This document shows, one piece after another, positions 52,640 through 63,236 of a stretch of 64,000 nucleotides of DNA. The notes below the pieces were generated by a model that searched no databases, was not told where the DNA came from, and saw nothing but the letters and a program-made list of their open reading frames with translations. The DNA is taken from NCBI RefSeq assembly GCF_002105155.1, contig NW_019028981.1, positions 1,240,001 through 1,304,000 on the forward strand, given 5' to 3'. Every line of letters starts with the position of its first letter. Position 1 is the first letter of the stretch. The translations under genes and the position numbers were made by a program. Source of the stretch: Lobosporangium transversale. Taxonomy: Eukaryota.

Positions 52640-53740
52640 CTATTGTTGCTGCTCGCTTGATGTCTCTCCTTCTCCTGAGCTCAACATAGGTTCTTTTGGT
52701 GGCCTTGATCCCTCCACTCCTTCTCCGTCATCTGAGAACTTTCTTTTGGTGGTGCCATCATCACCTCCACCACCGGCGAAGGCATCGAATGATTTGTTAA
52801 ATTGGTCTTCAGAAAAATCTTGTGTGCCACGATTACGGACCTCTTGAAACATAATAGCATCACGTCTTGAGTATTGGGGTCAATGAGGTTTCAAATAATA
52901 TCTGCGTTTGTGGTAAGGCCAAAGGTTGGGATATTTGGGGTGTAATCGTTATCGGATACAGTGCCATAGACCAGGAGTTGTGCATCGTGTCTAAACTTGA
53001 GGGCATGCAGGACCTCATCTTTCTCATACAGCGCATACTTGTGATGGCGGCGTTGGACGAAGAACTCTTTAAATTTTACAATAGATGAGAAGATTAGAGT
53101 CCCCAGATACAGCGATACCGTTATTACCACAGGACTTGGCAATACATACATCGGCCTCACTCTGACAAGGGCAGACTGTAAAGCCATATTGCCCAAATGG
53201 CGCTAAGAGTGCCACCTTGTCGCCATCACTGAATGTGAAAAGCTATCGAAGATTCTTTTTAATGGCGGCCATATTGCTTCGAGATCCCCATTTCACTTCT
53301 TTGGACTTGGCTTCCATGTTGGTTATGAGTGTATCGAGCTTTTCGTCAGCTTTTACACGCTTAGCATATCGGTCTTCATAAGCGCGGGCTTTTTCAACGC
53401 AGCGAGACCCATCAAGGTGTATCGTCACTCTGGCAGCAGGACCAAAGATTTCTCGAATGATACTAGCCATAGCATGGCCGCAGGCAGCAAAAGGCTGATG
53501 AACTTGCCAGAAATCTGTGAGCCTCGTTCAACAGCGAATAGAGGGAATAGCATAGACAATGTTATTGTGTGGTACTGTTGTGGCTGATTATCAAGTTATC
53601 TAATTAATTTTTCTATTTCAATATTTTGTATACACAGTTAAAGAAATCTTTACTCGCCTAGAAAGCACCACAGTCAGGTCCATAGACTAGATTTTAAGAG
53701 CTAGAGAAACTCCCTTCAATAAAGTATTCAGTTTCTCCCA
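52640..53740 (-). pseudogene. Decayed XPG/FEN1-like (PIN-fold) nuclease
   Basis: Motifs in order across frames: IHLDGSRCVEK, EADVCIA...VSGDSNLLIY (53158-53080) and SDNDYTPNIPTFGL. Multiple stops and frameshifts. Confidence 0.7.
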
Positions 53741-54311
53741 TACGTCTTATTCTTGTTATTATCTTTTCCCCTTTTCACACCGACCATTTTGTGAGCTCGT
53801 CTATAAAGCTCCCATCTTCTCTTCTTTGCCATCCTATGGCGCTGTTTGTCGTCAAGGTTATTTGCCTTTATTTTCTCTTGATATTCCTGTTGACACTGTC
53901 GTTCCCTGATTTTGTGTCTATCTTTCTCCCCCTTAAGCAAAGATACACCTATTTAATAATATTATTTACAACAATATCAGCACAGATGTCGTTAAAGTAC
54001 TGAATCCAGTCGCTTCTAGTGGAAGTCTTTCTGACCACACCGGATCAGGCCAATATTTTATATTAGCGAGCGCATACTGTAGTGCAACCTTTCTGTGGTT
54101 TTCAGGTGCATTGAAATGAAATTAGAGAACCATAGTTACTACTGAAGTCCAACTGACGCGTTTAGAAAACATTCTAGGTACATGAAAGGAAAATGAATTG
54201 TTGCAAATCAGAAAAAATAGCATGCACCAATGAAGTCTCCTTTAAACAACACGAAAACTGCATTTTTACATGAGGAATCCGATGAGCCATTAATCGCTAG
54301 TATTTAAGTAG

Positions 54312-56479
54312 GAGTGTACAGATTTTAGTATTTCAGGACTAGTATGACATACTAGTACTAATGTTGGAGAATTTAGTGCTGATTTTTTTGTCACTCTTTA
54401 GATGCATGTCACGGGAAAGATGTCTAGCAAATCCCTTTCCACAATTGCAAAGTGTTCACAAAACCTACCTGTTGTCGAATTCTTCACACATAAACAAATT
54501 GTATATACAAACTAACTGAGGACGGTATTAACCGAACTATTTATACTTGCTATAATGATCAGAACCAAGTAAACGTCCGAACAGACCTATCCAAAAACGA
54601 GGGAGCTTGTCGCTCTCCTTCAAATATAAATGGTTTACTTAACAAAAATCTTATAATTGAGAAGGACCAACAAATAATACAAAAAACCACTTTTCTCTCC
54701 TGGTCTAAAATTAGAAATTAAGTTTGCCGCACAAAACTAATGTAAAAAAATGGACTTACAAGACTTCGACAGCTAGATTATCGCAAATAGTAAAATAGGC
54801 TATTGCTGGATGTATATCGATTATAGAAAAAATGGATGAGGTATCGGGGGATATAAGGCTTTGGTACTTACAAAGCAAGGATTTTTTGATCTTAATCCTT
54901 GAAGTATTTATGGAATTATTGCCGTTTAAAGGTTATAAAATGGTCGAAATGAGGTTCAATGTCAAGCCAAAGTGTCTGCCTTTCCCTCAAAAATACATCA
55001 AAGCGCTTTTCCACATAGTATATGATAGATACGTTACATAGCTTTGTATAGAGTCTTAGTTTTCCAAAATCCAAGCATTTTTCATAGACTTTACTTATAG
55101 CTGAAGAGAGAAATATATCATTTTTTAGGGATTTTTCGGTTTTATTCATTAAGGAACTTCGGATTCCTTTTATAAGAACACGTATGGTCCCTTAGTACAT
55201 TATATTATGCACTACATATTCTTACTTTTTGGAAAGTTTGGTCAGTTTTGGAAATATTCTGATGGCTCTGCAATATTTTGTCTAAAAGCTAGACAATTTC
55301 CGTAGAAACCTTGACTTCAAGATGCCCTAGTTCTCAAACTTTTGAATATAAACATTTTCAATTTTTACCCAAAAATACAATTTCCTGTTTTGAAAGATAT
55401 ATTTTCGGTTGCTTTATCGACTCTAGAAGTTTCAACACGTTTGGGGCCGAAATGAGGGACTTTACTATAGAGTATCTGGTTTTCTATGGATCCTGAGAAC
55501 GCGAATATGCGTATATGGAGCACTCAGGCACTTTGGGAGATGAACCCCGTAAATGCATATTAGTATTATTTCCATCCCGCCCCGAGCGCCCATTTTTTTT
55601 TGAGAGCACATGGAAGTGATACTAGACATTCATAAACAAAGATGCAAGTGATACTAACACAAGAGTTGACATTCATAAATAAACATGCAAGTGATACTAA
55701 CCTAAAACTTACCCGCACAAACCCCATGGAAAGTGATACTAAGATCTTCTTTCCATGATACTAAAATGTGGCTCGCACAAATCCAATGCAAAATGAGGTT
55801 GAATATTTTATTGTCCTCTTTGAAAAGAGCAGAACTGAGGCGCCACATGTTGATGCCAGCCACGGAAGCTCTGAAGAGGATTCAATTGAGAGCCACGGAA
55901 GCTCTAAAGAAGATCCAAAGGTGGATTGTATTAAGCAGCCACAGAAAGCACAGCAAAACTATCCATTCAGTGTTCTCACCGACGTCGTTACCAATAAGGG
56001 AAGGTTGCCAACATGTGAGGGCTGCAATAGTCAGCTGGAGAGGCAAGCTAAAAGAATTGTAGTCAAGGTCCCAAGTAACATCAAGAAAGGGTGGTTTATT
56101 ACAAGGTCCTACCACTTTCTTCGGACTTGCCTCACTAAGCTGCCTCAAGAGCAGTACGATGTGGCCATGCGGCAACTGGGAGTGCGGGTAACACGATCAC
56201 AGCATCTGCAGAGAGTGGAACTATTGGAGAATAATAGTATTGCATAGAACAAGTAGTAGTATCACTACATATGATTTGTGCGGGCGTGTTTTTAGTACCA
56301 ATGTATCTTTAATGTGAGTGCTTAGAATCAGTGCATGCTTGATTGATTGTTTGTGGAAAAAAAATGGCATTTTTGTTATTTTGGTACGCAGTACGAGTAT
56401 GTCATACTAAATTTTCGTTATTTTAGTACGCAGTACTAGTATGTGATACTGGTACTGAAATACTAAAATCAATACGATC
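54312..56479. mobile_element. Non-autonomous TIR DNA transposon, 2168 bp, 9-bp TSD (Mutator/MULE-like)
   Basis: TSD TTTAAGTAG at 54303-54311 and 56480-56488. 48-bp TIRs match at 41/48 (GA..GTA..GATTTTAGTATTTCAG.AC.AGTAT.ACATACTAGTACT). Subterminal repeats at the right end; no transposase ORF seen. Confidence 0.85.
55768..56247 (+). CDS. 159-aa ORF with a PARP-type zinc-finger-like motif, inside the TIR element
   Basis: R..TCEGC...RI...SYHFLRTCL (CxxC...H...C), with a short internal duplication SHGSS(E/K)ED. Confidence 0.5.
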   Translation: MARTNPMQNEVEYFIVLFEKSRTEAPHVDASHGSSEEDSIESHGSSKEDPKVDCIKQPQKAQQNYPFSVLTDVVTNKGRLPTCEGCNSQLERQAKRIVVKVPSNIKKGWFITRSYHFLRTCLTKLPQEQYDVAMRQLGVRVTRSQHLQRVELLENNSIA

Positions 56480-56641
56480 TTTAAGTAGTGATAAAGCGTA
56501 TTTTCATGAGTAGAAGTCGGTTGAGTACAGAAAAAAAATATGTTTTTATACACTGTTATCCCTTGTAGCTCGTACAAACCTTCATAGAAAAGAGAAAAGC
56601 GCCTCCCATTTTATTATCCTAGTATTTTCATACCATTTCCT

Positions 56642-56728
56642 GCTCTATACCAGCCCCTCCAGTAAGTAGCATCCAAAAATGGAAACATTTTGATAAAGAT
56701 GCACTTACGGAGAGGGCTGGGAACGAGC
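56642..56728 (+). other. Long bulged stem-loop with GAAA tetraloop (candidate structured RNA or DNA hairpin)
   Basis: Nested pairs GCTC/GAGC, CCAGCCC/GGGCTGG, CTCC/GGAG, GTAAGT/ACTTAC, GCATC/GATGC and AAAATG/CATTTT around a GAAA loop. Confidence 0.55.
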
Positions 56729-57224
56729 CTAATATAAAATAGCACACTCAATTGGTCAAAGGGATATTACCATTAAAGGCCTTTTTATAGGCTTAAGGCT
56801 ATTTTCTGTGACAAATAAGCATTCACCGCATTATTACATTATTTGTACACAGCAGCTCCATCTAGGGGTTGGATCCTCCCTTGGTCACCTTGCATGCGAC
56901 CAATCATATGATCATTGAACTTGATAGCCATCCTTGAATGTGGTTCAAACTTGCTTGTGTTTGTTGCACAATTGCTATACCGCTGTTACGAGGGAACATG
57001 AATGAAATATCAGTAGTGGTAAATATGATATGTTTTGACACGTCGGCGGTATACCATATTAGTTAGCCATCAGTGATGAGGTGGAAATATAAAGACTTTA
57101 AAATGCAGTAAAAAGTATTTAAACAGATGCCTATGCTCATCACTTTCCTCCTCCTCCTTCAGCTTACATCATCCCTCTCAAGAAAAGAAGAACAGCCTTT
57201 ACCTCATCGTCTCTCCAAAAAAAA

Positions 57225-58169
57225 ATGAAACCATCGCCTAAAATCCTCGTCGTCTTTACAGCTACTGGCAAACAAGGAGGGTCTGTGATCAACTATGTTC
57301 TCAATCATCCAGAACTATCCAGGCAATACAAGATTCGGGCTGTGACCCGCGTCCCATCCAAACCAGCCGCGCAAGCCTTGCAGGAACGAGGAGTCGAGGT
57401 TGTCAAAGCGGATCTATTTGACAAAAAGTCGATCGACGCTGCTCTCAGTGGTGCCCATACTGTCTTTGCGAATATTGCCACCAGCTTTGATGAGAGTGTC
57501 TATCCTAAAGAAATGCTTCAAGGCAAGAATTTAGCGGATGCGGCCGTCGCCGCAGGAGTCCAGTATATCATCTATAGTACTTTACCACATACACGCGAAG
57601 TCAGCGATGGCAAACATGCTCATGCGGATGCTTTTAACGTCAAAGCCGACATTGAGGGGTACATTCGGTCTCTCCCCATCAAGAGCGCCATTTTCGCACC
57701 AAGCATGTTTTATCAAGACTTTTATCAAATGTTTTTTGTTCCTAAACGCCAAGATGACGGGACCTTTACCATATTCAGTGTTGTCTCTCCCGACAGTGGG
57801 ATTTATTGTTTTGATGTTGTTGGTGACACAGGCAAGTTTGTGGGCGCTATTCTCGCAGAACCGGACAAGTTTAAGGGTAAAACCTTGTGTGCAGGAGCAG
57901 ACTTTTGTACGCATGAGGAAATAGCAGAGATGATCAGTAAAGCGACAGGCAAGACGGTTAGGTACAAGCAAGTGTCTGTGGATGAGTTTGATCATATCAT
58001 ACCAAGCACTCATAGCAGAATTACCGCTGACGTTATGCTTTTCCTGGAGGAACACGGCTACTTTGGTCCAGAGGCGAAGGAGCGTGTCGCTTGGTCTACC
58101 AATCACATCCATGATAAGCTAACCACATTTGAAGAGTTCCTCCAGAAGAACCCTCTTCATCTGGAATGA
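57225..58169 (+). CDS. NmrA-like protein, copy 4 (18 aa differences from copy 3)
   Basis: 314-aa intact ORF; Rossmann motif TATGKQG. Confidence 0.92.
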   Translation: MKPSPKILVVFTATGKQGGSVINYVLNHPELSRQYKIRAVTRVPSKPAAQALQERGVEVVKADLFDKKSIDAALSGAHTVFANIATSFDESVYPKEMLQGKNLADAAVAAGVQYIIYSTLPHTREVSDGKHAHADAFNVKADIEGYIRSLPIKSAIFAPSMFYQDFYQMFFVPKRQDDGTFTIFSVVSPDSGIYCFDVVGDTGKFVGAILAEPDKFKGKTLCAGADFCTHEEIAEMISKATGKTVRYKQVSVDEFDHIIPSTHSRITADVMLFLEEHGYFGPEAKERVAWSTNHIHDKLTTFEEFLQKNPLHLE

Positions 58170-59525
58170 GCATTCATGAGAAAATCCATTGATGTGTGTT
58201 CAAAACAAACTTCTCAGGATACAAATAGTATAAGCGAGTTCCAGTGCTGGTGAGATTCAAGTTAAGCATAAGCCTCAGATGGTGGATACATATTTCAGAC
58301 GAGTAAAATATGCAGAGGTTCAGATAGTTTGCAAAATAAAAGCTTATTTCTATTCCTCAACTTCAACTTTCGTTGAAAAATAACACAGCATTCTTGAGTA
58401 ATCTGGGAAGTGGATTTAGATCTAACATCCTACCTTCCATTCCCTATTACCATTAACCGAGGCCCATATTTTTATATCCAAAAAGAAAAAAAAAAAAAAA
58501 AAAAAAAAGAGTCCTAAGTTTCTGCGGTTCTTTTTTTTTCTTTGACTTGGTAGCCGTTCAACATCGACCATCTGAAACAGCCAACTTCATAAAATTTCTT
58601 GGAGCTACAGATCAACACGGGGTTCGCCACCAACCACGAAGCAAGTAGAACCATATTTTCATACTACTCGACGCCATCAGAATTTTCACACTACAAAACA
58701 GAGGAAATCTATCAGTAAATGCTGATGTCGTCATTTTTTTATGTCAGCTTCGGCCTTCTCCCAAGTATAAATCCAGAAGTTTGCCAAGACAGAAGTCATT
58801 AATGTGTCCATGCAGGAGCACTATTATCTGATTTTACAGTTCTTTAAGGGCTTACAGACAATAAAAAGCCATCGTTTCTTATGTCATTGCCCTATACCAT
58901 GCGCTTATCAAATTCATCATTGATAATAAAACATATCCTGGAGCTTTGGGAACTTTTGGTTGACTTTTTCATCATACAATAAACCTTTTCTCTTAAAAGT
59001 TTGACAGCTATTTTAATTGGAACAACCGAGTAGTTTTCTAGAAGTGCTATTTATACGTGCTCCGTAGTCTCTTTCAAAATCGAAAAGAACAAAACGTCCA
59101 TACGGGATAGACATCTCTATTGGTCAGAAGAGGCTTCACCTGGCGAAGTGTCTATACTCCAATAATATTGCATCGTCTACCCCCTAGTCTTCGATTTTTT
59201 GATTTGCGTGACCATTGTTATTCAACAATTTAATTCTTTATTCTACGGCTTTTCTAAACAAATCTCTTGTTACTGGGAAATGTCTGTCACTAAAAAGAGT
59301 GATAAGTTCAAATGGATGCAATATTATTGGAGATAAACATCGCATCAACCGAGCACTCTGGATCAATAGGAGCGTCTATTTCGTATAGACCTGAATCTCT
59401 ATACGACTTTGAACATGCCTCTGCAGAGAGAGAGCAGTAGGAGCTGCTGTGGGGGTTGGCAAATTTCGAGGTCTACACGCACCTGCCATAGGACCTTAAT
59501 GTGTATCATTCGGATCCAAAAGTGC

Positions 59526-59558
<33 letters not shown>

Positions 59559-59767
59559 GTTTTGGAGACAATCTAAGAACATAACGGAGGGTTGAACAAA
59601 TGATGGATTTAAAGAATGCATGGATCTGGTATACGTTGTCCAATTGAATCTCAGATGCATTTTAATGCCCCTTCAGACATTTTATATGTTAGTTCACTCC
59701 ATTGGATTCTGATGGAGGAATAATACATGTACATGTATATGTTTCTCACGGGCCAGGGGTTTCCATA

Positions 59768-59858
59768 CAAGAAAACCGCATTCTTTTTTTTTTTTTTTTT
59801 TTTTTTGATAACAAGGACCCTCAGGGTCATGGGATTTATTTTCAAGAAAACCGCATTC
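59768..59858 (-). mobile_element. Duplicate of the tiny retroposed insertion
   Basis: Same TSD, poly(T) and body as 41088-41177. Confidence 0.75.
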
Positions 59859-60907
59859 CTTATATTCTAATACAGTTGCCTAAAATCTCAAGCGCCCGTC
59901 ATTCGAAGCAAATACGTTTAGAAGCTTTGGGTGACTTCTTGTGGGCTTTTCAACATTCAACCACCTATTCTTCTTAAATACTTGATGCATCAACTATGAT
60001 TGCCAAAACTTATTTTCAAGCGCTGAAAGCAGCTATAGACTTTTGGAGTAACCACTAAAAGCGGCTTTAGAAAGCCCAGCCTTATCGATGCACATATGGG
60101 GAAGCCCATTTGAAGGGCTAACTGTCATAAGTGAGCTTCTGCATGTGTTTTTATTACTTTTATCAATATACTTCAATACTCTCGAGTAGGTTTAAATGGA
60201 TAAAAGAATAGATGGATCTGTATGCGCCGTCTCATTCTTTCCTCGAGTAAATAATGCAAAGTGTGATGTCCACTGAATTTTCACACGACAAACCGCAGCA
60301 TGAAGGTGTACAATGCATAAATAAGGCGGAGGGGCTTTTAACAAATGCCATTTTACCAGCCCTACAATGTTATCACCAAAAGTAAATGCACTACTATGAG
60401 GGATGAAGAAAAAAACGAAGAGATAACCCCTAGGCTCAACTCAACGCCTCCCTTCTCAACACACACAAAGAAAACGCCTACGAAGTGGCCTTAGTCACCC
60501 TGCATTTGCCAATTGAATACTCCTCCAATGGATGCATTGCCATCTATTGAACGCGGAAAAATCACTGGTCCGCGAGCCTTCATCCCTGAATGTGATTCTG
60601 AACTTTTTGTATTTGTCATTGATAGGTTTATTTTCACACAATGGTACACTTGTGTTACCCACCATTGAGCTAGTTGTGTTACTAGCTTTATGCCTTACTA
60701 GTGCCGACGATACACCGTGCTGAGAAACGTCAATAGTGAAAGATGAACACTCCATTGGAGGAAAAAAATCGTGGTAACAATAGCACAGAAAATATAAATA
60801 TCTTAGTATTCATCACTTTCCTTGTCAATCCACGTCTTCAAGCTACACCATCATTAATAACAAATCTTTATAGCCTCATAACCTTTTCAAAAAAAAAAAA
60901 AAAAAAA

Positions 60908-61843
60908 ATGAAGTCAACGCCTAAAATCCTCGTCGTATTTGGAGCCACTGGTCGACAAGGAGGGTCTGTTATCAACTATGTCCTCAATCATCCAGAGCTA
61001 TCCAAGCAATTCAAGCTTAGAGCTGTGACACGCGTTCCCTCTAAGCCAGTCGCACAAGCCTTACAGCAACGAGGAGTTGAGGTCGTCAAAGGAGACCTGT
61101 ATGACAAAGAGTCACTCAAGGATGCTCTCAGAGGTGCATATACTGTCTTTGGGGCTACTTTCACGGAATATGACGACAGTCTCTATGCTAAAGAAATCAT
61201 TCAAGGCAAGAATTTAGCAGATGCAGTTGACGCCGCAGGTGTCCAATATATCATCTTTAGCACTTCGCGGCACCCAGGAGAAACCTCCAATGGCAAACAC
61301 CCTCATGTGCACGGTCTCAACGCCAAGGCCAACATCGAAAAATACATTCGCTCTCTCCCCATCAAGAGCGCCTTTTTCTTACCAAGCATCTTTTTTCAGA
61401 ACTTTTACAGCTTTTTTACTATCCCTCAGCCCCAAGGTGATGGAACCTTTACGATATTCAATGTAGTCTCTCCTCAGAGCGTATTTGAGTTTTTTGATCC
61501 TGTTGCTGACACAGGCAAATTTGTGGGTGCTATTCTCGCAGAACCGGAAAAGTTCGAAAGCAAAACCCTGTGTGCAGCAGCAACCTTTTGCTCATTTGAG
61601 GAAGTAGCAGGGATGATCAGTAAAGCAACAGGCAAGATCGTAAAGTACAAGCAGGTGCCTGTGAATGAGTTTAATCATACCATACCGGCGACTTACAGCC
61701 AATGCTTCATCCATATTATGCTTTACCTGGAGGAGTTTGGTTTTTTTGAATCAAAGGAGCATGTAGAATGGTCTACAGAAAATATTCATGACAAACTGAC
61801 CACATTTGAGGAGTTCCTCCTGAAGAACCCTCTCCATCTGTAA
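60908..61843 (+). CDS. NmrA-like protein, copy 5
   Basis: 311 aa from the ATG after the A-run (MKSTPKILVVFGATGRQG). Confidence 0.9.
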   Translation: MKSTPKILVVFGATGRQGGSVINYVLNHPELSKQFKLRAVTRVPSKPVAQALQQRGVEVVKGDLYDKESLKDALRGAYTVFGATFTEYDDSLYAKEIIQGKNLADAVDAAGVQYIIFSTSRHPGETSNGKHPHVHGLNAKANIEKYIRSLPIKSAFFLPSIFFQNFYSFFTIPQPQGDGTFTIFNVVSPQSVFEFFDPVADTGKFVGAILAEPEKFESKTLCAAATFCSFEEVAGMISKATGKIVKYKQVPVNEFNHTIPATYSQCFIHIMLYLEEFGFFESKEHVEWSTENIHDKLTTFEEFLLKNPLHL

Positions 61844-62295
61844 TGATCCATCAATGTATGAGCCCAAAATAAAAAAGTTAAAAAATATACAACGTTGTTG
61901 AATGACCCGTCTACATTCATGGCTTGGAGGAGTGCACTTCAATACATAATCATTTATTTTAAGCCTATTTCTTCCTAGAGACACCAAGAGAAGAGTGGCA
62001 GAATATTCTATCCAGTTCTGATAATTTGATCTTTGCACAGCAAGAGTAAGTTGATAGAGGAGCTTGTTACTATTCTTTAAGATCACCAGATCGATTTGCG
62101 ATTTTGTCGCTCTGAGAAAAGGCAGGATTATTAGCTGTACCATACTATCGCCTAACACTTACCGAAGAGGAACGAGTCCAATGACAGGGAAAAGATGACG
62201 CTGGTGTCCCCGTGGTGGCACGCAGCACAAAAAAATCTATTTAAACAGATGGCAATGTCCTTAACAGCCTTTATAGCCTCGTTACAAAAAAAAAA

Positions 62296-63236
62296 ATGTC
62301 CTCATCCTCTGAGACCCTCGCCATCTTTGGAGCCACTGGTCAACAAGGAGGATCTGTTATTAACTATGTCCTCAATCATCCGGAGCTGTCCAAGCAATTC
62401 GTGATTCGAGCTGTGACTCGCAATCCCTCCAAACCAGCCGCCCAAGTCTTGCAACAGCAAGGTGTTGAGGTCGTCAAAGGAGATCTGTATGATAAAGATC
62501 GCTCAAGCATGCTCTCAGAGGTGTGCACACTATCTTTGGCCTAACTTTCACGAGTTTTGACGACAGCCTCTATGCTAAAGAAATCATTCAAGGCAAGAAT
62601 TTAGCGGACGCAGCTGTCGCCGTAGCTGTCCAGTATATCATTTTTAGCACTGTGCAGCACGCAGGTGAAGTCTCTAGTGGCAAGCATTCTCACGTCCATG
62701 CTTTCAACGCCAAGGCCAACATCGAGAAATACATTCGCTCTCTCCCCATCAAGAGCGCCTTTTTTGGGCCAAGCTTCTTCTATCAAGACTTTGCCAGCAC
62801 ATTTTTTGTCCCTCAACGCCAAGACAATGGGACCTTTACGATATTCAATGTAGTCTCTCCTCAGAGCGTATTTGAGTTTTTTGATCCTGTTGCTGACACA
62901 GGCAAATTTGTGGGTGCTATTCTTGCAGAACCGGACAAATTTGAAGGTGAAACCTTATATGCAGCAGCAACCTTTTGCTCATTTGAGGAAGCAGCAGAGA
63001 TGATCAGTAAATCGACAGGCAAGACTGTCAAGTATAAGCAGGTATCTGCTGATGAGTTTTATCAAGCCATGCCAGCTCTTAGCAGTATCAACGTTCACCT
63101 TATGCTTTTCGTGGAAGAGTTTGGTTTTTTGGGTCCAAAGGGAAAGGAGCTTGCCGAACGGTCTACCAAGAACATCCATGCGAAATTGACGACATTTGAA
63201 GAGTACCTCCAGAAGAACCCTCTCGATCTTCAGTGA
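62296..63236 (+). pseudogene. NmrA-like copy 6 with a single frameshift
   Basis: GATAAAGA-TCGCTC vs GACAAAGAGTCACTC in copy 5 shows a 1-nt deletion near 62498; otherwise full length. Could be a sequencing error. Confidence 0.78.

Larger units (their letters stand above)
56765..60302 (+). repeat. 3.5-kb direct repeat, right copy
   Basis: Partner of 38086-41621. Confidence 0.95.

Noticed and set aside
51700..53740. Fanzor/TnpB-like RNA-guided nuclease downstream of the XPG-like relic
   Set aside because: No RuvC motifs or zinc finger found in the flanking frames I read.
60743..60907. N-terminal extension of NmrA copy 5 (and 35015-34974 of copy 1)
   Set aside because: Paralog alignment places the starts at 60908 and 34973; the extensions are leader sequence.
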